DNA of 63,469 bases, the filler included, from Saprolegnia diclina VS20 (Eukaryota), in the NCBI RefSeq assembly GCF_000281045.1. It is 5 parts of 2 records of this genome, joined end to end, with 100 filler letters (N's around TTAATTAATTAA, not from the genome) between each part and the next. Parts side by side here need not be neighbours in the genome. Positions count along the whole stretch, not along the records: positions 1 to 29,147 come from NW_008246075.1; positions 29,248 to 58,262 come from NW_008246076.1; 3 more parts are not named here. The stretch is one strand, 5' to 3'. This document shows, piece by piece, positions 24,521 through 37,525 of the stretch (positions are counted from its first letter, which is position 1; each line of letters begins with the position of its first letter). A program made the position numbers and the translations under genes. The notes below the pieces were generated by a model, which saw only the letters and a program-made list of their open reading frames with translations, was not told the origin of the DNA and ran no database searches.

Positions 24521-24901
24521 GAATGCTAGTTCTTAGAGACGTAGTAGATAATGAATGGGGTATGATGATGCATGACGACACTGCATGCACATGTCAAAAA
24601 TGACGTGGCAGCTTCAGGAGACAGAAGCGCCTCCGTAAAATTGATTTGGCTCGTACGTGCTGGCGCTGGAGGTCTGTCACGAGGCCTCGCCTTGCGCATA
24701 CCACCAAGCTCCTGCGCATGGGCGACCACTTTGAGAGGAAGAGCAAGTTCGAGGCCGAAGAGAAGGGAGGAGATGGCAGAGGTAGAGCCATCCATCTGCA
24801 GCAGGAATGGCAACCGAGCGACCGCTTTCGCAGCGTGTTGTACAAAGGTGGAAGTCGTGTTTGTAAATAAGAAAACGAGTCGTCTATAGCTCATCGGGTC
24901 G

Positions 24902-26149
24902 TTATTGCTGCTGGCACTGGACGCCACGGGGCTGGCCACGCTCGTCGTCCGAGTCGTACGCTTCGCGCTGGGCCTCTTGCTTGGCGGCCTCGGCGTCAAA
25001 GTCCCCGAGGAAGCACTCTTCCGCTTCCGAGAGGGGGCGCGGCGCGGACGCCGGCGGAAAGACCGACATGATGCGGCGCTGCTGATCGCGGGTCATTTGC
25101 GCCGGGAACTCGACCTTGAAGAGAATCACAAGCTGGCCCTTCACGAACGGGTTGCCGTGCTGCGGCATGCCCTCGCCCTGCACCGCCTTGAACTGGTTGG
25201 GCTTGATGACCTCGCCAGGCTTGGTCTTGATATGCAAGTGGCGGCCATCGAGGTGCTCAATGTAGCACTCGAAGCCACAGAGCGCCTCGACAAGAGAAAT
25301 CTTCTTCTCCATGATGAGGTTGGCGCCCTTGCGCTGAAAGGTCGCGTGCTCCTTCTCCTGGACGACAAAGACGATATCGCCGGCGATCGCACCCGGCGCC
25401 TGGTCGGCTTCGCCCTTGAACGTGATGCGTTGGCCGTTGCGCATGCCGGGTTCAATGTGCACTTCGAGGACCTTGCGCTCCTTTGTGACCTTGTTGCCCT
25501 TGCACGCCTTGCAGCGGTCGGCGTCGTTGATCGTCTTGCCCTGGCCGCGGCAGTCGGGGCACACCGACTGGACCTGCTGGACCATGCCGGGCGCGATCTG
25601 GCGGTGCTGGATGCGCATGCCACGGCCGTTGCATGTGCCACAGCTCTTCTCGGCACCGGCCTTGCCACCACGGCCTTCGCACGCGCCGCAAAGCACATCG
25701 CGGTTCACAGCGAGCTTGACCATCTTGCCATTGTACAAGTCCTCGAGCGACACCTTGAGCGGGTGCGTGAGGTCCTCGCCGCGCGGCGGGCCACGCGGCT
25801 GGCGCATGCCACCGCCAAACATCTGGCTGAAAATGTCGGCGCCGCCGCCGCCGCTACCGCCGCCCTGCTGGAGGCCTTCTTCGCCAAACTTGTCGTAGAC
25901 CTCGCGCTTCTCCGGGTCCGAGAGCACCTCGTACGCGACCGTGATCTCCTTAAAGAGGTCGGGATCGCCGCCCTTGTCCGGGTGGTTCTTGAGCGCGAGC
26001 TTGCGAAAGGCCTTCTTGATGTCGACCTCCGACGCCGTCTTGGGCACGCCGAGCGTCTCGTAGTACTTGGAGTTGTCGACGTTGCCGCGCGGTGCGCCAT
26101 GGCCATGGCCATCGCCGCCAAAGAAGCTCTCAAAGCCGCCGCCCCACAT
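24902..26149 (-). CDS. Type I DnaJ/Hsp40 (Ydj1/DNAJA-like), copy 2, convergent with copy 1
   Basis: Same domains and CQQQ end; highly similar to copy 1. Confidence 0.96.
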   Translation of the reverse strand: MWGGGFESFFGGDGHGHGAPRGNVDNSKYYETLGVPKTASEVDIKKAFRKLALKNHPDKGGDPDLFKEITVAYEVLSDPEKREVYDKFGEEGLQQGGGSGGGGADIFSQMFGGGMRQPRGPPRGEDLTHPLKVSLEDLYNGKMVKLAVNRDVLCGACEGRGGKAGAEKSCGTCNGRGMRIQHRQIAPGMVQQVQSVCPDCRGQGKTINDADRCKACKGNKVTKERKVLEVHIEPGMRNGQRITFKGEADQAPGAIAGDIVFVVQEKEHATFQRKGANLIMEKKISLVEALCGFECYIEHLDGRHLHIKTKPGEVIKPNQFKAVQGEGMPQHGNPFVKGQLVILFKVEFPAQMTRDQQRRIMSVFPPASAPRPLSEAEECFLGDFDAEAAKQEAQREAYDSDDERGQPRGVQCQQQ

Positions 26150-26292
26150 GCAGACCGAGTATCAACTCTGTGTCGAGTGCGAAAATGGCCCACCGAGTGC
26201 AGTTGCAGCGGATCTGGCGCCCGCCCAATGGCCTTGCAGCACGCGCGCTCTCTTGCGATTTGTATGCGTCCTGTCTTCGAGAAGCTGCGCGT

Positions 26293-26307
26293 GGAAATTT
26301 CGAGAAG
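26293..26307. promoter_or_regulatory. Heat-shock element upstream of DnaJ copy 2
   Basis: gGAAa-tTTCg-aGAAg is a perfect three-unit nGAAn array ~145 bp upstream of the ATG, with a further cTTCgaGAAg at ~26275 and four ATTGG boxes at 26325, 26357, 26387 and 26416. Confidence 0.75.
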
Positions 26308-28176
26308 ACGGCCGGTGGCACCGGATTGGTCGCGGATTCGGGCAGCGCGCGTTTGGATTGGCCAGGAAACACGGTCTCGCGCGATGATTGGTGCACAGCA
26401 GAATACCGGCGTTTGATTGGTGCGCCCCCGATCTTGGTACGTTTTTGGCGCGGCCCAAAGATGCCACGCGAGCGGGCGCTACTGCCACTGCAACGAGATC
26501 CGTAACTTCACGATACACAAAGAGCAGGTCGATGCTGCTCTACCTATTCATTCGACATTTGCAAGACCAGTTTTCCCTTATTCCTTTGATTCGAAAAATA
26601 TTGGGACTATCGGTAGTTGTTGGTATGAGGAAAGGCCGATGGTTGATGCTGCTAGGATGCATCGCGCGTGGTCGCTGACTCGAGATGTGTGGCATAAGGA
26701 TGGCGCAGCAGCCATATTTTTGCCAGACGTCGCGCCTCGCGCCGTGCTGAGATGGACGCTCGCTCCTCGTCAAAGCAGGTTCTCGTTGGCATACGCAGTG
26801 GTGGGAAGATGTAGTGTATCTTGCAACCTGTTTGGGTCGACCGATGCTTCAACGCATAGCTATCCAGCCAACATGCTGCTACGCTAAACAACTTGCGCTA
26901 GAAGGTGCACGACCGCACAGATTTCGCCACCGCCACGTCGAGGAGAGAAGAAACTGCGTTCGTCAACGGGTCGGTTCTCCTTCAATGAACGCACTTGACC
27001 AGCCATTTGCGTATGGACCAGCCGGATAGAGTGCACATCGCTGGACAATAAGACGACCTTATTGTGGGGTCATCATCCTAGTCCAAGGCCCATGTCGTTT
27101 GGTCCAACGCCGCCTCGCGACACGACGACAATAGCTTCCAGAAGGAGCGAGGGACCGCCTAGCGCCTTTGCGGCTAGTAGCTGCGATGTCTCGCTGTGCG
27201 GGAAACCAAGGACGGGACGATCAAGGCCAGCGGCGATATAGCGAGCGTTCGACTCCATCGTGCTACCATGTCCATATCATCATTGTCAAGCGACCCTTGT
27301 GGCAAGGAGAAGGTCGCCTGTGGCCGGTTGCTGCTCGAACTTCGGTGATCGGACGAGGCCAAACCTTGAAACTACCCGTCCACCTCATCACTGCCGCCAC
27401 TGGGTTTGCGAGAACGACGCTGCTGTTGGAAAAGGACGTGTCGTCGTCGGTGGTAGCTCATTGCTAGCTCTGTGTAGCTCTGTTCTAGCTCGGTACAAGT
27501 AGCAGTGTACGAGCACACGAAGTGGCAGGTGATTGATTGTGGTCGCCGCGTTGCTCGCTGCGTTCGTCAAGCTATCATCGAACCGACCTTTCCGGCAACC
27601 GCCCGTGGTGTTGTCCGCGCTTCGATCCTCGCTCCGGACGCAAATATACTAGAGTTCGATGTGCGGCGTTGACGCGGAATTTTGCAAACCATCGACGCGC
27701 AGCGCACGTTGCACGTGACCCAGTGCGCATCATGCTGTGCGTCGGCGGCGACAGGCGCCCAAGGTGCCTCCGCGTTCGCACGACCGACCGACGCCAACCA
27801 TCGTACCATGAGCCTTGCTCGTCGCTGGCCGTGGTTTGGAATAGCTTGGTTGTGATAACGTAGGTCACAAATAGTATATATTTGCTAGACAACCTACCCC
27901 TATGCTCGTCCTGGGCTCCGAGCATCATGTACCATCTGTCATATTCGAAGCATGCAGCCGTCCCGAGAAATGCACAGACGCGGCTGTCATATCGCAGGCC
28001 TGGTCACCTTGGGTTTTGTATGGTGAAGCTGTGCGCACGGCTAAAGTGCGCTCCGGCTCTGCGGCGTACATACAAATAGCAAGTGCGATAACCGCACTTG
28101 CGCGGACATCAAGTCAGTTGGGTCGCAACTCTGCCAAATCTCTTGCGGTTTGTATGTCCAGAACCCAACTTGCGCC

Positions 28177-29147
28177 ATGTCCAGTCTCCGGCGCCTCGAC
28201 GGCAGCGCTGCCTCTGGCGGCGGCAGCTCCGCGCTCAACATCGCGCTGGGCACGGTCACTGGTGTCATCGTGCTCGTGATCCTGATCCTGTACTGCCACC
28301 AGCAGCGCAAGTCGCGCCAGCGGCGAGAGGCGCGGCGCATCCGCCGGCAACAGCAGAGCCAAGCCAAGACGGGCGACGGGTACATGGATGCGGACAACAA
28401 CCGCACGATCAACTTCAATATGATGGGCCAGCAGCCCAAGGCGGAAGGCGACGACATTTACATCATGCAGGGCGGCGACGACGGCCATAACGGCGACGAC
28501 TATGACGGGTACCGTAACAACAAGCCCAAGGCCAAGAAGCCGGCGCCGAAGCAAGCGCCGTTCAAGATGGACCAGGACCTTCTCGACGCCAAGGTCGACT
28601 ACAGCATGATCCAGTACACGCGCAAGCTCAGCAAGGGCGCGTTCGGCGAGGTCTGGCTCGGCCAGTACCAAGGCCGGTACGTCGCGATCAAGCAGATTCT
28701 CGAGGAGCGCAAGACGGACGCCAAGGAGATCGAGTGCTTCGTGGCCGAGATCAAGCTCATGGCCAACTTCAAGCACCCAAACATTGTCGACTTTCTCGGG
28801 TTCTCGTGGAACCCAAAGGACGCCAACTTGTGCGCTTTGACCGAGTACATGAAGAACGGCGACCTCTTTGTCTACCTCCAGAAGCGCAAGGCGACATTGA
28901 CATGGAAGAAGGACAAGCTCGCGATCGCGCTCGACATTGCGCAGGCGCTCGTGTACCTGCACGCGCTCACGCCCAAGGTCATCCACCGCGATCTCAAGTC
29001 GAAGAACGTGCTCCTCGATGAGAACTGCACGGCCAAGCTCAGCGACTTTGGCATCTCGCGGCTGCGTCAACTTGAAGAGACGATGACCGCCGGCGTCGGC
29101 ACGGCGCTCTGGGCGGCCCCCGAAGTCTTCTTGGCCAAAAAGTACAA
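28177..29147 (+). CDS. Single-pass membrane TKL-family protein kinase, 3' end lost in gap
   Basis: TM segment IALGTVTGVIVLVILILY; motifs GAFGEVW, VAIK, HRDLKSKN, DFG and [11 protein letters not shown]. Paralogue of 20209-21396. Confidence 0.92.
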
Positions 29148-29191
29148 NNNNNNNNNNNNNNNNNNNNNNNNNNNNNNNNNNNNNNNNNNNN

Positions 29192-29203
29192 TTAATTAAT
29201 TAA
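29192..29203. other. Artificial contig linker TTAATTAATTAA between N runs (also 58307-58318, 59826-59837, 61322-61333)
   Basis: Identical 12-mer with stops in all six frames, flanked by 44 N on each side (100 nt in total). Confidence 0.97.
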
Positions 29204-29480
29204 NNNNNNNNNNNNNNNNNNNNNNNNNNNNNNNNNNNNNNNNNNNNCTGCAGACAGAGGTGGCGGCGCTGCGAGCGCGTAGCGTAGCGCAAGAGGCCGA
29301 GCTGCGCGTGCTGCGGCATCTCGTACGACGCAAGCCAACGCATGGTAGCCTGTAGTCAAATTCGGGATGCGAGTCCAATGGGTCGTACATAATGAAACTT
29401 CGAAACTCAAAAAGTAGGAAATTCCCGTTTTGTCCAAACGCCCACTGGAGAATTCATTCAGGCAGGATCAAGACTCTGTT

Positions 29481-32400
29481 TTATTTCCACTTTGTCAAGA
29501 GTGTGACAGGGTCCGGGTGCGCAATCGGCGCGGGCTTGGTTTGCCGACTGCTAAACCGGGATCGGTACGATGGTGTCGACTTGGGCCGGTACGGGTTCGG
29601 ATGACGTGGCGTCTCGAGACTGATCGGACTGCGCACCTACGGGGCCAATCAAAAGTCATTCACGACACATTGGCAAACAATGTCCTGTAACGCGGCATCG
29701 GACGCGACAATTGTGGTCGTTGCTTCTGTACAAAATGCCTCAAACGACTTGATGACACGCGCAAACGCACCCGAGACGCGAAACGCGCTCACGCGGACTG
29801 CGCTCTTGGTGTCGAGCACGGCCTTGCCGGGCGGCCCAGCGCTGCGCGGGTGGCGCGCTTTGACCACATGCAGAAGCGAGAAATCACCCGCGGTGGGGTC
29901 GCTGCGAAACTTGAGCGTTCGGCTCTAAGCAAATGCGTCAACTCTTAGTCGCCCAGTCGTTCGTACGGGAAAGCGCTGGGTGGGCTCTCCCGGTGCCACG
30001 CGCTCGACCGACATGAGCCCCGTGTCTACATGCAAGCAACGTTGAGCGCCATACGACGAGGTGCATAGGATGTACAGGGGTCGGTGGGGTAGTGGGGGTG
30101 GAGAGGGTAGTGCGGCGTTGGGATTTGTTGGCTGGGTGGAATCACCCCCAAGTCGACGAGGTTCAGGTCGAGTCTACAGGATGCATGACAACCTGTCCAT
30201 TGTTGTGGCCGCGACACGTACGGCATCAGGCCCCTTGCGGCAGGCAACGGGTCCGAGACGGTCTTGTCGTCCTGAAACAAGCTCGAGAGCGCGTGCAGAA
30301 TCTAAAAACACCCCACTATCAATCAAATCGCATATCTGGTCTGCTACGGCTGCGTTGGTCTGGTCCAAGTGACTCCGCATCTGACCGCGCCGTTCCAGCA
30401 CCTGTGTTCGAAGGCGCTCCTTGGTGCGCAGAGCCTTTTGCATCACTTGAAGAAGGCTTGACCAGTGCGAATCCCGCTGGTTGTGGTGGTACGTATGATG
30501 CGCCTTCGCCTGCACCAATCGATTGAGTCTTTGACCAGAATAAGCAGGCGTTGCACCTCTAGCACACGCGCCTGAAGCCGGCGTACGGCTGCGTGGGCGG
30601 CCAGCGTGCTCCAGTTCAAGACACTCAGCGAGCTCATAACGTCTCGCCGCGCGCGAACGAGCGTTCGCAAGTAGTTGAGCCCTTTGGCGTGGTGGTGGGG
30701 GTCGGCCATGGGTGGCAGCGCTACCAAGCGCGGCTCGGTCTCGGGCAGCGCTTCTTGCTCTTCCAATTCGGTGGTGACGGGCGACGGGAGCGCGCTGGCG
30801 GCAAGTCCTTTGCTGGCAGCCACGGGCTGAAGCGAGCGAATCTCGAGCATTGTATGCAGCTCTGCCACGGACTCGTGCTCCAACTGGTTGCTATCGCGCA
30901 GACGATGGGCATGTTCGCTGTCGACGGGCAGCATCCGCGGAGTCTCGTGCGCTGTTTTGTCGCGAGGCGGGCTCGTACTGACAACCAACGGCGTGAGCAT
31001 TGGGAGGGCCACCACAAGGGACGTGGGGAGCTTGACCTCTGCCGGGAGACGACTCGAACGGCGCTTGGGGGGCGAAGTCGGAGGTACCGTAGGAGGCCCA
31101 TCTGCAAACGGGGCTAGCGTCGGATGTGGAAGGGTGTGGTCCTGCGCTTGTATTTTGGACGAGGGACTTGCATTCGCCTTGGACGTCACCACGGTCTCTG
31201 GCAGCCAGGGGGAAGGTACGTATATGCTTGCACTGGGCAAGACACACAGAGGCGCTGCGAGCAAAGTGGCCGATGACCCTGGCGAGGTTAGGGGTGCTGT
31301 CGAGGTTAGGGGCGCTGGAGACGTCGGTGGGGCTGGAGCTTTAGAGCGCAGTGGTGCTGTGACGTCTGGTGTCTCGTTGTCGGCCGCCATGATGAACGTC
31401 GTCTCGAAGTGACTTGCCTTCTTCGTTGGGTCGTCATATTCCTGTTGTGAGGGGGTTGCTCTCGCCATTTGCTCTGTCGATAGCTCTTCAGGAGCCTCCT
31501 CCTCTGCTTGATCGTCGGTGATACCCGCTGCTTCTGGATGCACCTCGTTACTGGCAGCATCTGGAACCTGCTGTATGGAGAAGACATCGTCGACGATTTG
31601 GCTTTCGGCAATGTCATTCATTGGAAGCGGCGATGACGGAGGATCGTCGTCCATGACCTCGGACGCCGTCGACGACTCGAGCACGCACTCGAGCAAAAGA
31701 GGGTCGTTGCGTGATGGTACGATCGCCACTGGCGGTGTATCAACCAACGAGGCGGAGCTGGACTCGGTTTTGGCGCGGGCCACCGGCGCGACCCGCTGGT
31801 GCCCGAGCTTGGCTTCTGTGTGCCCAAGCCGTGCGAGGTGTGTTTTCTTCTCGTCAGGATAAAGCATTTGCTTGGGCGGCCGTGGGCTTTTGTTTTGCGA
31901 AGTGCTCTGGGACCGCGACTGACGCGGTTCAGGCTTGCGCTGGCTTGGCTTTCGCTGCTGCTTGTTCGTGGCTTGCACGGGCGGTTCAACCTCATTGCGC
32001 TTGGCTGTCCACGCATGATAGAGCGACACAAGTGCCTCAAAGCTGCGCTGCTTGGTGTCTACATACGCGTGTTCAATTTTAGTTAGAGAAAATACTAAAA
32101 TATCAAGCTATCAAAATAGCAGCTTGATACAAAACAAGTACCGTCGCTCGCCGCCGCGATCGTGTTGCTTAGCGTCGTAAACCACGTCCACGCGTCGTGC
32201 GGCGTCGCGGCCGCATGACTGGACAGCGTGCGAAGAAACTCTAACAATGGAGGTGTAGACACCAATTCGATGGTGACGGCGACCTTGGATGTCGTCGTTG
32301 ATGGTACTCCACTGCGTCTCTTGGCTTTCACTGGCGGCCGCGCGCATTTTGAGCACCTCGCTGGAGCCATTATGAGGAGCGTGCAACTAGACACAGAGCA

Positions 32401-35252
32401 CGGCGTACGCTTGGACGAGGTAGTTGGTCTTGTAGCAGTTGAATTCGGTCAGAAGGCAGATTTGGCCACGCTCCAGTTTCTCGCATTCAGTCTTCCAAAA
32501 CGCAACTTGCGCGAGCAATCTAATACCTCGCTTTGTGTACATGTTGTCTGTGATTCGCGTACCGTTTTCGCATCGTGAGCATTTCACCGGCGAGACGCGC
32601 GAGGTGCGACGACAGCGTGACAATGCGCTGCATCTGAACGCACGCAACTTTTTGTGTCGACTCTTTCTGCAGCTAGCGCACGCATGAGATGACCTTACAT
32701 AGCGTAGAGTGTACCTCGAGCTCGGCTTGCAGCGTCAGGATCGACTCGACAGGGTTGGCGCGCGCAGCATCCAGTGGCATCGCGGGCAGCGGGCTCGCGG
32801 CAAAAGCGCGCTGGAGGTCGGTCCACTCGACCTCGGTTTGCTGCGCTGCGGCTTCGGTGACGCGTGCCAGTGTCTCGGCCTGCGTGTCGTCGTCGCTCCA
32901 CGGGATCAAGGACGCAATATCGATCTCGGCGGCATTCTCAAGCGGCGTTGACGGTAGCATCGCACGGGTGGAGAGCTGGGCGAGGTACGATGTTAGCGCT
33001 GCCTGCTTATCCCGCATCGCCACCGTCGAATCTTCGCGCAGGGCACTCAGCGTATCGCTGAGAACCTAGTACGAACAACTATGTCAATAAATGCAGAAAC
33101 GGTGAGTCCTTTGGTACTGTGATTTCGTCTCGTAGCAGCTGTTGAGCTACTTCCGAGGCGTGGCGAACCTTGAGCAAACTGGCCTCGGCCGCCGATACAT
33201 TCTCTTGCAGTGTCCGGAGCACATCGTCTTTGGTGTAGATCTCGCCTTGGAGGTCGCTGACCAAGACGGCCTGGTCGCGGAGTAGTGCTTCGAGAGCCTC
33301 GGTGCGGGCCCCGTCAACGACGACTGGGGTCGGCGTCGGCTCGATGTGCTTGAGCGCCTCGGCCACGACGGTATCGGTCTGCACCGAGACTGAGTGGTGC
33401 GCACGTGAAGCGTCGGTTGCTGTGGTCGCTTCGGCTTTGCTGCTACTACCTAAATCCCGTGATGAGACTCGAACGATGCTGGGATGCTATCGTTAGCACG
33501 CGTAGGTTTTGGTATCGCTGCCAACTGCGCACGCAGCTCGGTCACTACCGCCGTCGATTGGCAAATGTTGTGACAACAGTAGCTACCTGTTGCCGTCAAC
33601 GTCGTTTGCTGCGTCGTTAACGTCGTGTTGGCAGCTTGTAGTTGAGTGACTTCGTCTTGGCGCTGCTCGACCTCGCGTTTGAGCTACAGGTAGCGTCACG
33701 TCAGCAGAAGCCGAGAACGACGCATAGCGACCTCTTGGAGCCGCTGCAACGAGCGCTGGAGCTGCGCATCCGCGTGCACGTCCACGGTCGTCGACACGGT
33801 CGCAGGGTCAATGATGCCGAGGCCGTTGCACTGCAAACAAGGCACGCGACTTGCGGACCGCGTTGGCGGCGACGGTGCGCTCTTTGGTGGCGGCAAGTGG
33901 ACCTCGAGTATGGTGTCGGGCGCCGGCTCGGGTGTAAGCGCTTGCACGAGCGACGAGAGATGCGCGGCTGCCTTGGACGTCTCCATCGGGTCGGTGAGGA
34001 TCGTGGTGACCTCGCTCCACACCTCGGGCAGCGCCATGACTTCGATCATCGCCGCTACCGCATTTCTTCGAATCCGTCATTCCACATCTCAAAGCACCTG
34101 CAACGTCGCGCAGGGCGACAGTATGTGCGCTGACCGCGCTATCGATCGCAAGGCGCTCCCGGCGTCCACCAGAGGCGCCGTCGGTCCACCATGGCGCCAC
34201 CGGCATCGAGGTGGTCGTTGTTGTTGGGAGTGGCGCAGTCGTCGCGGGAAGGTCGGGCTTTGTTTCGAGTGATTTTCGCAGCGCATCGAGCTCCGCTCTA
34301 GTATATCCAATCGTGTTTAGTAGGTGGTCAACCGACACGTGAAGGCCGCACCGGGCTTCGCGCGTTCGCTCCTCCCACTTGTCGCGGTCTTGCCGCAATA
34401 CAAAGTTGAACTGCTTGCGTTTCTCCAAATCTTTTTTCAGCAGCTCGATCCGGTCGTCCATCGACGGCTCCTATATCGACATGAGGCATCAACGTACGAA
34501 CAAGGAACGTCGTACATCGGCCGCCACTGAAGCCTTGCGCGGCGACGTCTCCTCGGATTTGGCCGCGTCCATGCGTCGCCGCTGCAGGTGGAGCCCCGCA
34601 ATGGCCTCTGCCATCGCCCTCGCTTTGCATCAACCATTGAAAATGATCTGGATGTACCGTCGAGGGCGCGGAGTGTCGCGGGGTCGGTCTTTTGCCGCGT
34701 CACGAGCTCTCGGAGCATGAGAATCTCCTTGTAGTGGGCTTTTCGCAGCGCATCCATCTCGTAGCTGCGTCGATCCAAGCTGGACCGAAGGCCGTCGGTG
34801 ACGACGTCGCACTCGGCGACGCGGGCTTCGAGGAGCGCGCATTTCTCCGTCACGCGCGCAATGGTGTGCGTTCGCTCCTTGAGCTCGTCGCGGAAGACCT
34901 CGGTCATCGTGTTGAGGTACCTACAGCGCGCGTCATGACGAGAACGTAAACAGTGGAGTGATGGACTTTGTTTCCCGGTCCTGGACGGCCAACGACAGCG
35001 GTCCTTCGAAGAAGCCATCGAGCAATTGCACAAGGTCCTGTATGTGGTATTACGCCAGCCGAAAGAGACAGGCATTCGTACGTCTTCCATGTGGGCGGCG
35101 TCGTGCCGCATGCAGTGGTCGCGCAGCGTGGCCAAGAGGTTCATGCGAGCACGGCCCACGACCGACGTTGTCTCGTGCTTGAGCCGCGGTGCGGTCGTCA
35201 CAAACCGCGGCGACGGCGCACTGTCATCGTCCGTCTCTGGGATCGCGTCCAT
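29481..35252 (-). CDS. Large multi-exon coiled-coil/low-complexity protein of unknown function (may be more than one gene)
   Basis: Chain of minus-strand ORF pieces separated by short GT-AG introns, starting MDAIPETDDD. Includes heptad segments (DALRKAHYKEILMLRELV; RIELLKKDLEKRKQFN), a long Pro/Ser/Thr-rich exon (~30.5-32.0 kb) and a last exon ending LLTKWK*. Confidence 0.6.
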
Positions 35253-35930
35253 GCTGAGTGGAAAGGCGAAGCGGTTTCGGCGCCAAATTATAGCTCCTGC
35301 TCGCAAACTGAGCGGAGGAGTTTAAACATGCTGATCGAATTGACGTCATATCTAGGTATCGCAAACTGAGAGGAGGAGCCTACGACGTGAGGCTGGCTAC
35401 ACTGACCATTGCAACGACGCTTTCTCCTAGAAGCCTGAACCGCTACTCGGCTACGGCTCACTGGTATACCAGGACGCGTACCGATAACCCCGCAAGAGTC
35501 GACATTTGATAGAGCCCTAAACGCCTCGTAGCTTGGTGTACCGGTGCACGCATCAACGCGGACAATGGCTTTGCCATGGACGAGCCGCCTTGACATCAAT
35601 GACGTGGCGGCGGCGGTGACGCTCATGTCGAATCTGATTGGCTATAATTCGCCATTGTGTTGGTATGCTGGCCAATCCCTTCGACTGCGAGCATCCGGAT
35701 TACGGCAATTCCTGCTATTTCATACATGGGGAACTATTAAAAATCATATATTTCTTTTTTGTAGCAATGCTCAGTGCTCTACATTAGTCCGATTATCCCG
35801 CAGTAAAGCGTTTACTCGTACTAATCTTTCGCCTTTTACTAAAGATTACCGTGGACGTCTTACAAACAATGCGGCTTCACCAATTTCTGACCTCCCTCTG
35901 GGAGGACCCCTCATATCTCTGAAATTCTAC

Positions 35931-36009
35931 CACTTTTTACACTCCCCGCTCACTTTTTACACTCACGTATCACCGGTTCTCTTTTCTCGTACACTCACTT
36001 TTCACACTC
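35931..36009. repeat. Three copies of CACTTTT(T/C)ACACTC in a G-poor tract
   Basis: Copies at 35931, 35951 and 35996. Confidence 0.7.
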
Positions 36010-36165
36010 GTCCATTTGCTACACACACGATAGCGATTGCCAGCGTAAACTTACTGAGCTCCAGGTCTTTGGGAGCTACCAACTATACATTCGCTTGCAC
36101 TCGATTCAAAGTGTGATTTTGGGACGAAGGAATTTCGATTCTGGGATTTGATTTTGAAGTTTTGA

Positions 36166-37219
36166 TTATGAAGTTTTGATTCTGGAGATTTGATTTTGGT
36201 TTTGTTGCTTCATGTAGAGCTCGGCGAGGAGTTGGAGGCAGCCGGCTGCAGACGGCGTGAGCTCCAAGGTGCTAGGCACAATATTGTCATATCATACCAA
36301 CCGCAGTTTACTACGTACTTTGTGGACAGCGCTGCTACGGGCACAAACATAAGGCGCGTGCTCTCATACTGGTCTTGCGCGTCGACGTATCGCTCTTGCA
36401 CGTCGGCGACCGAGAGCGCGCACTCGATAAGGAACGCTCCAGAGACAGATTAATCACGGGAGGCGGTGCCACACCTACCGTAGCTGGGCGTCTCGGCGCT
36501 GCCTTGAAGCGTCACGCCGAGCAGCAGCGGCGGCGAGAGCGCGCTGCGTGGGACGTTGGTTTCTTCCTCGACTTCGGCCGTGATCGAGTCGAAGAGCTCG
36601 GCGACGCACCGCGCGTTGAGCTCGTCGCTAAGTTCGTAGTCGCTCTCGCAATGCAAACCTACTTTCTACAAAAAGCATGTGATGATCAATGCCAGAGGAA
36701 ACGTGGCAGACCTCGGGCTCGGGATGGCCACCGGGCACGTCGGCCATGTTCGGGTACGCGCCGACAGCATTGCTGCGCTGGAGGAAAACCACATGCTTGT
36801 CGCTTGTCACGAGCGCTAGGGTTCATAGCGATCCAGTCGGTGCACAGCATGCGTCGAATACCTGCAGCGACGCCGACCTTCATCGAGAGGTGTTGGCGCG
36901 GGTTCTCGCCGCCGTCCCGCCGCAACGTCGCGACAATCTCGGGGCGCGAGCATGTGCTAATGTACTCCTTGTAGCTCGTGAGGCCCCACGTCATTTGGAG
37001 GCCGGTCGACGTCAGTGCGGACGACGCCAAGCGGAACTTGGCGCCGTTGAAGAGGTGAGGCTGCGCCGCCAGCTTGTCGTCCCATAGCTTCTCCATGGCA
37101 TCTTCAAGCTCACGAGAGGCGTGCTTGCGCCGGTTGCCTTGAGGCGACAGCGCAATGCAGACGCGGTCCTGGCCGAGCGGTCCCCGGCCGCCCACGAGGA
37201 AGGATTCGACCGAGCTCAT
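36166..37219 (-). CDS. NUDT22: NUDT22-like Nudix hydrolase, about 4 introns
   Basis: LFNGAKFRL, GLTSYKEY, LQRSNAVG...DVPGGHPEP, ELFDSITAEVEEETNVP, DQYES and ELTPSAAGCL. Confidence 0.85.
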
Positions 37220-37525
37220 AAAGTGCACTCTGGCGTTCGACCTGTTTAAACGCGTTAAATGAAGGTCGTCTGGAATTACGCTGCATTGTGTGGCGTTTGG
37301 AGAGCGCAACGTCATCAAGTTTCGTTGCCAAGACAATTCAAAGGTGTCCATACAATGTTTAGCATCCAACGAGCGCTTGCTCTCTGCTTCTGCCATTGCG
37401 AGATTCGCTGAGACCGGATTGAACTGGATGTTTAAACCACTTTAGCGTGGACGGTAAAACAGGGAGCCGTAAAACCTGTCGCGTTGAATATCCAAAATCA
37501 AAGGTTTCCACCTGCCCGCCACAGC

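Noticed and set aside
24526..24900. Short ORFs in the spacer between the DnaJ copies
   Set aside because: No recognisable homology; most simply 3' UTR or terminator sequence.
29148..29247. TTAATTAATTAA as a biological repeat or piggyBac TTAA site
   Set aside because: Fixed 44N-12mer-44N format repeated four times; it is a scaffolding spacer.
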